Shown in pieces: positions 18,743 to 28,417 of a stretch of DNA of 64,000 nucleotides. The DNA is taken from assembly GCA_963804645.1 (NCBI GenBank), contig CAWDRG010000009.1, positions 1,248,001 through 1,312,000 on the forward strand. The letters are read 5' to 3'. Every line of letters begins with the position of its first letter. The stretch's first letter is position 1. This stretch comes from an uncultured Bacillota bacterium. Lineage in GTDB: Bacteria; Sysuimicrobiota; Sysuimicrobiia; Sysuimicrobiales; Segetimicrobiaceae. The position numbers were made by a program, and so were the translations under genes. The notes under the pieces were generated by a model. It saw only the letters and a list, made by a program, of their open reading frames with translations. It had not been told where the DNA came from and ran no database searches.

Positions 18743-19798
18743 GTGCTGAAGGTCGCGGTGATCGGCGCCGGGCTGCTCGGGGCCCGGCACGCGCGAGTGT
18801 ACGCCGAGCACGCGGGATGCCAGCTCGTCGCGGTCTGCGATCTCGACCGCGGACGCGCGGAGGATGTCGCGTCGCGCTACGGGGCACGCGCCTACACGTC
18901 GCTGGAAGAGCTGCTGCGTGCGGGCGCGGATGCCGTCTCGGTCGCGACCCCGGACCACGCGCACTACGCGCCCGTCGCCGCGTGCCTGGAGGCCGGCGCC
19001 CATGTGTTCCTCGAGAAGCCGCTCACGATCGACCCGGCCGAGGCCCGGGCGCTGATCCGGCTCGCGACCGAGCGCCGCCGCGTCCTCATGGTGAACTACA
19101 GCCAGCGCTGGCTGCCCGAGCACCGCCGCATCGAGCAGCTGATCGCCTCCGGCGCGCTCGGGGAGATCGTCTTCGTCGAGTCGCACCGCTGGGACGCGGC
19201 CTGGGTGCCGACGCGCATGATCGCGCCGTGGGCGGAGCGCACGACGCCGATCCACTTCATGTCGAGCCACGACATCGATCTCATTCTGTCGTGGACCGGG
19301 CGGCGCGCGCAGCGTGTCTACGCGGTGTCCCACCGCGGGGCGCTCGGGCGCCCGAACGTCGTGGACGGCTACCAGGCGCTGATCGGGCTCGAGGGCGGCG
19401 TCCGGGTGAGCCTGCACTCGTCCTGGATCCTGCCCGAGACGTTTCCGTCGGCCGCCGACAGCCGCCTCGAGATCCTCGGCGCGCGCGGCGCCGTCTTCTT
19501 CGACGGCAACCGGCGCGAGATGTCGGTGTTCGCGCCGGGGCACAGCGAGCGCGTGCTGTTCGGAGGCCCGCGGACCGCCGACGAGGTCGGCGGCCGGATC
19601 GTCGGGGCGTTCGTGGACTCGCTCCAGGCGTTTCTGGACGCGGTGGCGGCGGACGATCGAGACGGGCCGACGTCGGCCCGCCGCACGCTGCCCGTCGTGG
19701 AGCTGCAGGCCGCGGTCCTCGCGTCCGCGGAGCGGGGCAGCGAGGTCACGGTAGACGCGGAGCCGCCCGAGGCGGCGCAGGAGGGGAGACGGTCATGA
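18743..19798 (+). CDS. Gfo/Idh/MocA oxidoreductase
   Basis: GAGLLG, ATPDHAH, HVFLEKP. Confidence 0.92.
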   Translation: MLKVAVIGAGLLGARHARVYAEHAGCQLVAVCDLDRGRAEDVASRYGARAYTSLEELLRAGADAVSVATPDHAHYAPVAACLEAGAHVFLEKPLTIDPAEARALIRLATERRRVLMVNYSQRWLPEHRRIEQLIASGALGEIVFVESHRWDAAWVPTRMIAPWAERTTPIHFMSSHDIDLILSWTGRRAQRVYAVSHRGALGRPNVVDGYQALIGLEGGVRVSLHSSWILPETFPSAADSRLEILGARGAVFFDGNRREMSVFAPGHSERVLFGGPRTADEVGGRIVGAFVDSLQAFLDAVAADDRDGPTSARRTLPVVELQAAVLASAERGSEVTVDAEPPEAAQEGRRS

Positions 19799-20961
19799 AG
19801 GTCGTGGACCTTGTGGTCGACCGGATCAACATCGCGTTCACCCACACCATGTCGTCGGCGACGTCCCGAGCGAGCGGGATGAGCAAGTGCATCGTGCGGC
19901 TCCGCACCGACGACGGCGTGGAGGGACTCGGCGAGGCCCCGGGCGGCGACGCCACCCACGTGGAGATTCTGCGGGCGTACGCGGAGCTGCAGGGCCAGGA
20001 TCCGTTTCGCATCGAGGCGATCGTCGAGCGGCTGCCAGGGCCGCACCGCGGCCTGTACGGCCCGACCCCGACGGCGATCTCCGCGCTGGAGATGGCGCTG
20101 TGGGATATCAAGGGCAAGGCCGTCGGCCGGCCGGTGTGCGACCTGCTCGGCGGCCGGTATCGGAGCCGGGTCGCGGTGTGCGCGCCCCTGTTCACGCACG
20201 AGGACGCGGAAACCGATTTCGCGTCCGCGACCGTGGCGCTCGCGGACGAGGCGATCGCGCGCTTTGGGTTCAGCGCGGTCAAGGTCAAAGCGGGCGTGTA
20301 TCGGCCGGGGGCGGAGCTCGGCGCCCTGCGCGCGCTGCGGACGAAGTTCGGCGACGGGCTCGCGATGCGCGTCGACCCGAACGGCGTGTGGTCGCCGGAG
20401 GAGAGCATCCGGTTCGGTCAGCGCGCCCTCGATCTGGATCTCGAATGGATGGAGGACCCGACGTGGGGCATCGCGGGGATGCGCCGGGTCCGCGCGAGCG
20501 TGCCGATCCCGCTCGCCACGAACATGTGCGTGCGGAACTTCGACGAGGTGCCGGTCGCGATCCGTGAGGACGCGGTCGACGTGATCCTGGGCGACCACCG
20601 CATCTGGGGCGGGATGTGGCCGACGCGGAAGCTCGCGGCGCTGTGCGAAGGGATGAACATCGGGTTTGGGCTGCACAGCTCGCACGAGCTGGGCATCGCG
20701 ACCGCCGCGCGGGTGCACCTGGCGGCGGCCACCGCACATCTCAGCTATCCGATCGACGTGACGCACTGGTTTCACGCCGACGACGTGGTCGTCGGCGGCG
20801 GACTGCCGATCGTCTCGGGGATGATCGACGTGCCGACGGGCCCCGGCCTCGGGGTCGCGTTGGATCGCGAGGCGCTCGCGCGCGGCGTCGCCAGCTACGA
20901 GCACGACGGCGAGCACGTGTCGACGTTCACGAATCCGTCCCGCTACCGGTGGTGGGCGTAG
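19795..20961 (+). CDS. Enolase-superfamily dehydratase, glucarate dehydratase-like
   Basis: MALWDIKGK, KVK, DPN, EDP, ATNM, HS, PTGPGLG. Confidence 0.85.
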   Translation: MKVVDLVVDRINIAFTHTMSSATSRASGMSKCIVRLRTDDGVEGLGEAPGGDATHVEILRAYAELQGQDPFRIEAIVERLPGPHRGLYGPTPTAISALEMALWDIKGKAVGRPVCDLLGGRYRSRVAVCAPLFTHEDAETDFASATVALADEAIARFGFSAVKVKAGVYRPGAELGALRALRTKFGDGLAMRVDPNGVWSPEESIRFGQRALDLDLEWMEDPTWGIAGMRRVRASVPIPLATNMCVRNFDEVPVAIREDAVDVILGDHRIWGGMWPTRKLAALCEGMNIGFGLHSSHELGIATAARVHLAAATAHLSYPIDVTHWFHADDVVVGGGLPIVSGMIDVPTGPGLGVALDREALARGVASYEHDGEHVSTFTNPSRYRWWA

Positions 20962-21098
20962 CCGCACGCGGGAGCGGTACGGTGCTCGGACCTCGGTCGC
21001 GGTCGGCCCCTCGGCGGTGCCCCAGCGCCTGACGCACGCATGCCCTCGTAGGTGGCAGGCCTCGGCGGGTCCGTTGTACGTGCAAACATCTGAGTGTA

Positions 21099-21127
21099 TT
21101 GACATCTAAATATCTATCTGTTACGTT
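21099..21127 (+). promoter_or_regulatory. Sigma70-type promoter candidate for ssb
   Basis: TTGACA-17 nt-TACGTT with extended TG, in an AT-rich patch. Confidence 0.55.
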
Positions 21128-21275
21128 GCATCCACGAGCTTGGTTGGACGTCTGACGCAGGCCTGTGGCGGCGGCGGGCGAGGTGGAGACGGCCCATCGG
21201 GAGTCTCCCGGAGCATGCGGCACACGGCAGACGGTGTCACGAGCCACATACCACGAACGTGTCGGAGGTGACGGC

Positions 21276-21680
21276 GTGCTGAACCGAATCCAGTTGATCG
21301 GACGGCTGACCCGGGACCCAGAGCTGCGCTACATTTCGAGCGGACAGCCGATGGCCCAGTTCACGCTGGCCGTGGATCGCGACTTTCGGAACACGGAGGG
21401 CGAACACGAGGCCGATTTCATTCAGTGCGTCACCTGGCGCACCCTTGCCGAACAAGTCGGCCAGTACTGCGCCAAGGGGCGGCTCGTCGCGGTGGAAGGA
21501 CGGCTCCAGACGCGCAGCTATGAGGCACAGGACGGCACCCGCCGGAAGTCCACCGAGGTGGTCGGCGACCGCGTGTGGTTTCTCGACCGTCCCCGTGGGG
21601 ACGCGCGCGCCGACGCGCCCGACGAGGAGACCGTGCCTGATGCCCTCGCCGAGGCGGAGGACCCGACGCCCTCGCACTAA
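21276..21680 (+). CDS. ssb: Single-stranded DNA-binding protein (short, no DDIPF tail)
   Basis: LNRIQLIGRLTRDPELRY, ADFIQCVTW, VEGRLQTRSY; GGAGG RBS. Confidence 0.93.
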   Translation: MLNRIQLIGRLTRDPELRYISSGQPMAQFTLAVDRDFRNTEGEHEADFIQCVTWRTLAEQVGQYCAKGRLVAVEGRLQTRSYEAQDGTRRKSTEVVGDRVWFLDRPRGDARADAPDEETVPDALAEAEDPTPSH

Positions 21681-22043
21681 CGCAGTCCGCGTGTTGATCG
21701 ACTGCTGATGCCGTTGCGTGGACGGGGCACCCGTTGTGGTGGACGTTCCTCCCCCCTCCGGAGCGTCGGGCGCCCGCGGCGCCCCCTCGTCCACCAGCGT
21801 CCACAGTGGTACGCAGGGTAGGGCGCGCGGTTTGAGCGCGCGATGCCCACTGTAGTTCCGGTCGTGTCCCCTCGCGCCGTCTAGGCGCGCGCCACTTTCT
21901 GTCCCGCGTTTCCCCTTCGCCTGCGCCGCCCCGAATTCGGGCGCGGCGCAGGTCTCGCCATGCCCTCGCCGTCCTGGCCTCGGCCGCGTCCCCGACGTCT
22001 CGCATGCGCTCGTCATCACACGCATCGAAAGGAGATGATCGCC

Positions 22044-22928
22044 ATGGCATCTGCTCCGGCCGCGGCCTCGCTGCTGCGGTTGACGTCGCGCGACCGCCTG
22101 CTGGTCACACTGCTCGCAGAGCTTCGGTATCTCACGGTGCACCAGGTCCGGCAGGCATGTTTCCCAACGCTCTCGAGCCGAGCGGCCTCGCAGCGGCTGT
22201 CACTGCTTCGCGGCCGCGGGGTGCTCGACTGCCTGCGCCACCGCACGTTCGACGACCGCCGGGCGTTTTGGGGGCTCGGCGCGCTCGGGCGCGCCGCCGC
22301 CGCAGCGCTCTCCGACGGCATCCCGCTCCGTCCGGCATCGGTGGTGGTGGGCGCGCTGTTGATGGACCATCTCGTGGCGACGAACCAGATCTTCTGCGAC
22401 CTGTGCGGCGCGTGGCGCGCCGGAGGGCTCGCACCCTTCTCATGGGTCGGCAGCCACCACGCGCGCGTGGATCTCGGACTGACGCATGTGGTGCCTGACG
22501 CGATGATCATCGTCCCCGGCCGTCGGGGCGAACGATGGCTGTACTGCCTCGAGCGCGATCGCGGCACGATGTCCGCGGACGCGCTGGCCGACAAGTTCGC
22601 TCGGTACCGGCTCATGCACGAGCGAGCCCGCGAGCACCGGGGCGACCCGCTGTGGGATGCCCTCGCCGATTCGTGCCTCATGGTCGCCTGCGACGACGAG
22701 CCGCGGGCGGTGCGGGCCGCCGGGCTCGCCGCCGCCGCCGGCCTCGACCGTGTGTGGGCCGGCCTTGCGCAGGACTGCGCGGCGTCGCTGGCCGCGGCTG
22801 TGGAGTGTCCGGGCGGCCCGGAGGGCGGAGACCGCGCGTTCTCGGTCCGGCTGTCCGGGGTGCTCGGGGGCGTTCTCTACCCGCCGGAGCCCCTGGGGAC
22901 CGGCGCCGGCGCGGGAGATCCGTCATGA
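22044..22928 (+). CDS. Replication-relaxation (Replic_Relax) family protein
   Basis: LTSRD...LRYLT..Q winged-helix N-terminus; HLVATN; PDA...LERDRGT nuclease-like motif; AAAGGAG RBS. Confidence 0.8.
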   Translation: MASAPAAASLLRLTSRDRLLVTLLAELRYLTVHQVRQACFPTLSSRAASQRLSLLRGRGVLDCLRHRTFDDRRAFWGLGALGRAAAAALSDGIPLRPASVVVGALLMDHLVATNQIFCDLCGAWRAGGLAPFSWVGSHHARVDLGLTHVVPDAMIIVPGRRGERWLYCLERDRGTMSADALADKFARYRLMHERAREHRGDPLWDALADSCLMVACDDEPRAVRAAGLAAAAGLDRVWAGLAQDCAASLAAAVECPGGPEGGDRAFSVRLSGVLGGVLYPPEPLGTGAGAGDPS

Positions 22929-24520
22929 AGCGCCGGGGGCTTGTCCTCGGTGGTCTGGTCGCGGCCTGCGGCGCGCTGGTCGTGCCGTCCCCGGGCAGCT
23001 GGTGGCTCGCCGGATGCGCGTGCGTGTCGATCTTGCTGGGGACACTCGGGACGGCGGACGCCGCCGGACGCGATCTGCCGCCGATCGCCACCGCGTCGTG
23101 GGCCGCGTGGTCCGAGGCGCGAGGATTCGCATCCCCGGGTCCGTTTCTGCTCGGGATGTGGCCCGGCGGCTCGCGACGGCTCTACCTCGGCGAGGAGCAG
23201 GTGTCGGGGCATGTGCTGGTGCTGGGCCCGTCGAGGTCCGGGAAGACCGCGGGCGCGATCGCGCCCAACATTCTCATGCGGGATCCGGCCCGGGAGAGCA
23301 TCATCGTGATGGACGTCAAGACCGGCCCGCGCGCGCTCTGGAACGTCGCGGCGGGCCGGTACGGCGATCGCGCCCACCTGTTCTGTCCGCTCTTCGAGGG
23401 GTCGGTCGGATACAATCCGCTCGACGACGTGCGCTCGATCGGCACGGCGCAGCGCAAAGCCGCGCTGCTGGTGCACAACACGACGCCGCGAGATCTGTCG
23501 GGCGACGCGCGGGTGTACACGGGGGCCGCGCGGGACCTTGCCGCGCTCCTGTTCCTGCACGTGCAGCAGGATCGTGAAGCGGGAGGGCACACCGTGGGGG
23601 CGGTGTACCGGCTGCTGCTCGGGGGCGCCGCCGCCGTCCGCGACGTACTGAGGGACAGCCGGATGCCCGAGGTGCGGGAGCGGCACGGCATGTTCGCGGC
23701 GCGGGAGCGTCGGGTGCAGGAGGCGGCAGTCACCGGGCTGCTCGAGCGCCTCGCCCCGTGGGCCGACCCGCTCATCTGCGACGCGACCGCGTCGCACTGG
23801 GATCTTGGGCGCCTCGGACGGGAGCCGATCGCCCTCTTCATTCTCCTGCCCGAGGACGAAGCCCAGCGGCTGCAGCCGCTCATTGCCTGGCTCGTCGCGG
23901 ACCTGCTCGACGGCCTCATCACACAGGCGGATCAAGACGGTCTCCGGTGCCCGGTCCGGATGTATCTGGACGAGTTCCGCCGCTTCGGCTATCTCTCCGG
24001 GCTGAGCGACCGGCTCGCCACGCTGCGGGAGCGGCGCGTCAGCGTCGTGCTCGGTCTGCAGGTCCTCAGCCAGCTCGAAGAAGTGTACGGCCCCAGGGAA
24101 GCGCGGACGCTGCTCGGCAACACGGAAACCAAAGTGATCTTTCGGGCCGGCGATCTCGAGACCGCTCGGATGACGAGCGCGTGGCTCGGGAATACCGCGG
24201 TCCCGTCCGTCTCGGTCACGCACGGGGAGCGGTCGGGGCGCAGCGCGACGATCCGCCCGTATGTGCGCCCGCTGGCCCCGCCCGAGGACCTCGTGCGGAT
24301 GCCGGAGCGCGCCGTGATCGTGCTGACGGGGACCGCGCGGCCGCTCGCGCTCTGGCAGGCGCGCTACTACGAGGCGGACGATCTCGCCGCGGTCGCGCCC
24401 CCCTTTCCGCTGCGGCGGCGTACGGGTCCGGTGCTCCCGCCGGCGGTCGGTCCCTCGCGCGGCGCCCGCGCGACGCCGCGTGCCGGGGCCCCGCGGCCGT
24501 CGGGCGGCGTGCGCCTGTAA
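22925..24520 (+). CDS. Type IV coupling protein (VirD4/TraG/TraD-like)
   Basis: Two N-terminal TMs; Walker A GPSRSGKT; DVK; YNPL; YLDEF; Q.LSQLEEVYG; GNT; ATGA overlap with the upstream gene. Confidence 0.9.
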   Translation: MKRRGLVLGGLVAACGALVVPSPGSWWLAGCACVSILLGTLGTADAAGRDLPPIATASWAAWSEARGFASPGPFLLGMWPGGSRRLYLGEEQVSGHVLVLGPSRSGKTAGAIAPNILMRDPARESIIVMDVKTGPRALWNVAAGRYGDRAHLFCPLFEGSVGYNPLDDVRSIGTAQRKAALLVHNTTPRDLSGDARVYTGAARDLAALLFLHVQQDREAGGHTVGAVYRLLLGGAAAVRDVLRDSRMPEVRERHGMFAARERRVQEAAVTGLLERLAPWADPLICDATASHWDLGRLGREPIALFILLPEDEAQRLQPLIAWLVADLLDGLITQADQDGLRCPVRMYLDEFRRFGYLSGLSDRLATLRERRVSVVLGLQVLSQLEEVYGPREARTLLGNTETKVIFRAGDLETARMTSAWLGNTAVPSVSVTHGERSGRSATIRPYVRPLAPPEDLVRMPERAVIVLTGTARPLALWQARYYEADDLAAVAPPFPLRRRTGPVLPPAVGPSRGARATPRAGAPRPSGGVRL

Positions 24521-24587
24521 GCCAGGGAGGCCTCTCCGCGGCGAAGAACCGGACGATCATGTGGCGGCATCCGACGGCCGGGGCACG

Positions 24588-25718
24588 ATGAGCGAGATTC
24601 CAGGCGCCGCCGACGTGGTCATCATCGGCGGAGGCATCGTCGGTGTCTCCGCCGCGTTTTTTCTCGCCGAGGCCGGCGGGATGCGCGTCGTGGTGCTCGA
24701 GCGGGGGGCGATTGGGTCGGGCGCCACCGGGCGGGCCGCCGGCGTGATTCTCCTGCAGGTCGAGTCCGAGGCGGAGGTGCGGCTGCAGCTCGACAGCCTG
24801 GCGCTGCACCGCCGGTTGTGCGACGAGCTCGGCACCGATCTCGCGGCGCACGGCAGCCTGCTGCTGTGGACCTCCGAGGACGAGGCGGCCGGCGCGCGCG
24901 AGCTCGCGGCCGTGCACCGCGCCTGTGGAATTCCTCTCGAGCTGCTCGACGCCGCGGAGATCCGCCGCCGCTTCTCGTATCTGGAGGCCGACGATGTCGT
25001 CCTGGCGACATTCTCGGCAGACGACCCGTGGGCGACGCCGCTCGCCGTCGTCCGGCGGCTCGCGGACGCGGCCCGCGCGCGCGGCGCCGCGATCTGCGAG
25101 CACTGCGAGGTCACCGGCGTCGACGTCGAGGACGGGCGGGTGTCGGGGGTCCGCACCGCCGCCGGGACGATTTCGACGCGCGCCGTCGTGAACGCGGCGG
25201 GCGCGTGGGCGCGGGTCGTGGGCGACCGGTCCGGGGTGCGGATCCCGGTGGCGCCCCGGAAGCGTCAGGTGTTCGTCCTGGATCCCCAGGGAACGCTGCC
25301 GCCGGACGCGCCGTTTATTATGGAAGAGCGGCGCGACTACTACTGCAAAATGCGGCCGAAAGGGCTCATCATGGTCTGCGGGCAGACCCGGGGCGACACG
25401 CTGGATCCGACGGTGGAGTGGGGGTACCTCGACGAGGCGCTCGAGCCGACGCGCCGCCGCATCCCGGCGCTTCGGCTGGCGCCGGTCACGGGCGCGTGGG
25501 CCGGGATCAGGCCGATGCCGCCCGACGGACGGCCCGTCATCGGCACGGTCCCGGGCCTTGAAGGCTACGTGGTTGCGGGCGGCCTCGCGGGGCAGGGCTT
25601 TGCGCGGGGCCCGCTCGCCGGCCAGATCGTGTCCGAGCTCGTGACGACCGGACGCTCGCAGCGGGATCTCGAACCCTACCGGCCCGACCGGTTCGGTCGG
25701 GAGCCGCGGGGCCGCTAG
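24588..25718 (+). CDS. FAD-dependent oxidoreductase (DAO / sarcosine oxidase beta-like)
   Basis: IIGGGIVG, GATGRAAG, VNAAGAW, PDGRPVIG. Confidence 0.9.
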   Translation: MSEIPGAADVVIIGGGIVGVSAAFFLAEAGGMRVVVLERGAIGSGATGRAAGVILLQVESEAEVRLQLDSLALHRRLCDELGTDLAAHGSLLLWTSEDEAAGARELAAVHRACGIPLELLDAAEIRRRFSYLEADDVVLATFSADDPWATPLAVVRRLADAARARGAAICEHCEVTGVDVEDGRVSGVRTAAGTISTRAVVNAAGAWARVVGDRSGVRIPVAPRKRQVFVLDPQGTLPPDAPFIMEERRDYYCKMRPKGLIMVCGQTRGDTLDPTVEWGYLDEALEPTRRRIPALRLAPVTGAWAGIRPMPPDGRPVIGTVPGLEGYVVAGGLAGQGFARGPLAGQIVSELVTTGRSQRDLEPYRPDRFGREPRGR

Positions 25719-25724
25719 ACGCGG

Positions 25725-26501
25725 ATGTGGACCGACACGCACCTGCACCTCGATGACGCGGCCTTCGACCCTGACCGCGACGCGGTGGTCGCCCGCGCCC
25801 GAGACGCGGGCGTCGACGCGTTGATCTGCGCCGGCACGTCGGTGGACGGCAGCCGCCGTGCGATCGCACTCGCGGAGCGGTGCCCGGAGGTGTGGGCGAC
25901 GGTCGGGATCCATCCCCAAGAGGCCGCGGCGGCGAATGAGGAGGCGCTCCGCACCCTCGAGTCGCTGGCCCGCCATCCACGGGTGGTGGCGGTCGGCGAG
26001 ACGGGGCTCGACTACGTGCACGAGCGCGCGCCGCGAGCCGTGCAAGCAGATGCGTTTCGCGCGCACGTCCGTCTCGCCCGCACCGCCGGCCTCCCGCTCG
26101 TGGTCCACAATCGTGAGGCGCACGACGATGTCGAGCGGATACTACAGGAGGAAGGGGCGCCGTCCGTCGTCATGCACTGTTTCAGCGGCCCCCCCGAGAT
26201 CGCGACGCGGTGGGCCGCGATGGGCTGGATGCTCTCGTTCGCGGGCCCGCTCACCTTTGCACGGGCCGACGCCCTGCGGGAGGCCGCGCGGCGTGTGCCG
26301 GACGACCGGCTGCTGATCGAGACCGACGCGCCGTACCTGGCGCCGGCGCCCATGCGCGGGCGCCGATGCGAGCCGGCGTTCCTGGTGCATACCGGCCGGG
26401 CGCTGGCGGCCCTCACGGGCGTGGCCGAGGATGCGCTCGCGCGGGTGCTCGCCGAGAACGGCAAGAGGGTGTTCTTTGGTCCGCGGTTCGTGGTAAGGTA
26501 G
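25725..26501 (+). CDS. tatD: TatD family hydrolase
   Basis: DTHLH, GIHP, GETGLDY, HCFSG, ETDAPY. Confidence 0.95.
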   Translation: MWTDTHLHLDDAAFDPDRDAVVARARDAGVDALICAGTSVDGSRRAIALAERCPEVWATVGIHPQEAAAANEEALRTLESLARHPRVVAVGETGLDYVHERAPRAVQADAFRAHVRLARTAGLPLVVHNREAHDDVERILQEEGAPSVVMHCFSGPPEIATRWAAMGWMLSFAGPLTFARADALREAARRVPDDRLLIETDAPYLAPAPMRGRRCEPAFLVHTGRALAALTGVAEDALARVLAENGKRVFFGPRFVVR

Positions 26502-26530
26502 GAGCGGGTGATGGAGGGGCGCGGTTCGTG

Positions 26531-27682
26531 ATGACGAAGAGTTCTCGCCGGTCTCTGCAGCGGGGAGCGTGGGCGTCCGTGGCGGTGCTGCTCGGCGTCA
26601 TGCTCACCGCCGGCCGCGTCCCGGTCGCGGCGCTGACCTTCCCGAGCGCCGCCGACGAGACCAAGTTGGGGGCGCAGATCGCCAAGCAGATCGAGACGCA
26701 CTACCGGCTCATCAACGAACCGCCACTCGTGGACCGCGTTACCACGGTGGGCGCCGCGCTCGCCAAGGTGGTGACCCGCCAGGACCTCACGTATCACTTT
26801 CTCATCGTCCAGTCGCCCGCGGTGAACTCATTTGCCGTTCCCGGCGGATGGGTGTACGTCACCCAGGGGATGATGCAGTTCGTCCGGACCGACGATGAGC
26901 TGGCGGCGGTGCTCGCCCACGAGCTGGCGCACATCGACCACCGAGACTACTACATCCAGCAGGATCGCGAGTCGCACCTGACCCCGGCCATGTGGGCCGC
27001 CCTCGCGGTGTCCATTCTGGCGCAGTCGCCCGGACCGTTTCTCGCCGCCCAGTACGGTATCCAGGGCTCGCTGTCGTCGTTCGAGCAGGATCTGGAACGG
27101 AACGCGGACGAAACCGCCGTCTTGTACCTCGCGAAGACGTCGTACTCGCCGGTCGCGATGCTGACCGTGCTCGAGCACCTTGCGGAAACCGACCGGCTGT
27201 CAGGGCAGGAGGCCGTGGACCAGCTGGTCCAGGACCACCCCGACACGAATGCGCGAGTCGCCGACGTCAGGGCGATGCTCCAGCAGCTCGGCATCCCGAT
27301 CGTCCGGCGGACCGCCGAGGGGTATCTGCGCATCAGCCTCGACCCGCCGAACCCGGCCGGCGCGCAGCCGGTGACGATCAGGGTGGACGGCAGACCGGTA
27401 CTCACGCTCGGCGCCGTCGTGGGAGGTCAGATGCCGCTCCAGCGGGCGCAGACAGTCGAGGATCAGCTCAACGGATTTTTCAACACCGATCCGGCGCCGT
27501 ACGACGTGCGCGTCAGCACGCTGCTGGGTCAATCGAGCGTCATCGGTGCGCAGACCGTCCTGTATCGGGTCGCTCCAGAGGACGCCAGCTACGCGCACGT
27601 CGACGCGGACGCGCTCGCGATGACGGTGCGCACCCAGCTGGCCCAGGCCATCGACAACGCTCCGTACAATCGCAAGTTCTGA
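26531..27682 (+). CDS. M48 family metallopeptidase (secreted)
   Basis: NSFAVPGG, ELAAVLAHELAH, ERNAD, DHP; signal-like N-terminus. Confidence 0.9.
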   Translation: MTKSSRRSLQRGAWASVAVLLGVMLTAGRVPVAALTFPSAADETKLGAQIAKQIETHYRLINEPPLVDRVTTVGAALAKVVTRQDLTYHFLIVQSPAVNSFAVPGGWVYVTQGMMQFVRTDDELAAVLAHELAHIDHRDYYIQQDRESHLTPAMWAALAVSILAQSPGPFLAAQYGIQGSLSSFEQDLERNADETAVLYLAKTSYSPVAMLTVLEHLAETDRLSGQEAVDQLVQDHPDTNARVADVRAMLQQLGIPIVRRTAEGYLRISLDPPNPAGAQPVTIRVDGRPVLTLGAVVGGQMPLQRAQTVEDQLNGFFNTDPAPYDVRVSTLLGQSSVIGAQTVLYRVAPEDASYAHVDADALAMTVRTQLAQAIDNAPYNRKF

Positions 27683-27688
27683 GCCGGC

Positions 27689-28411
27689 GTGGAGCTGCAC
27701 GTCGCGTTTCTTCCTGCGGAGGCCGGTGACTGCCGCGGCCGCGCGGTCGCCGTCATCGACGTTATTCGAGCGACCACCTCGCTGCTGGTCATGGCGGAGC
27801 GCGGGTGCGACGGGGTCGTGATCGCTCCCACGCTTGAGGCGGCGCGCGCGTTTCGGGCCGGCCACCCCGACGTGCTGCTGGCCGGGGAGCAGGGAGGCCG
27901 CGCGCCGCAGGGCTTCGATTTCGGCAATAGTCCGGCCGCATTCGCGCGCGCGGATCTTGCGGGACGCCGCGTGGTGTTTGCCACGACGAATGGGACGCGC
28001 GCGCTCCACTTCGCCCGCGGCGCGCCGGTCGTCCTCATCGCTTGCTTGCGCAACCGGTCGGCCGCGGCGCGCGTGCTCATGGACGAAGCGGCCCGCGGCG
28101 GCCTCGACATCACGCTGATCTGCTCGGGGCGGGAAGGGCGGTTCGGGCTAGACGACGCGTACACGGCCGGGGCGATTGTCGACGCGATCCTCCGTACGGC
28201 GTCGCCGGCCCCGGTGCTCACCGATGCCGCGGCGGCCGCGCGCGTCTTGTTCGAGGCGTATCCGGACGCGGGGACGCTGCTCCCGACGACATGGGCCGGC
28301 CGCAATGTGATCGAGGTCGGGCTCGAGGCGGATTTGGCCGTCTGCGCGGAACTTGATCGGTCGGTCGTGGTGCCGCGGATCGGCGAGCGGGTGCGTCTGC
28401 TCGACGAGTAG
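27689..28411 (+). CDS. comB: 2-phosphosulfolactate phosphatase family
   Basis: VIDVIRATT, GFDFGNSP, TTNGT, DD..AG. Confidence 0.92.
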   Translation: MELHVAFLPAEAGDCRGRAVAVIDVIRATTSLLVMAERGCDGVVIAPTLEAARAFRAGHPDVLLAGEQGGRAPQGFDFGNSPAAFARADLAGRRVVFATTNGTRALHFARGAPVVLIACLRNRSAAARVLMDEAARGGLDITLICSGREGRFGLDDAYTAGAIVDAILRTASPAPVLTDAAAAARVLFEAYPDAGTLLPTTWAGRNVIEVGLEADLAVCAELDRSVVVPRIGERVRLLDE

Positions 28412-28417
28412 GCCCCG

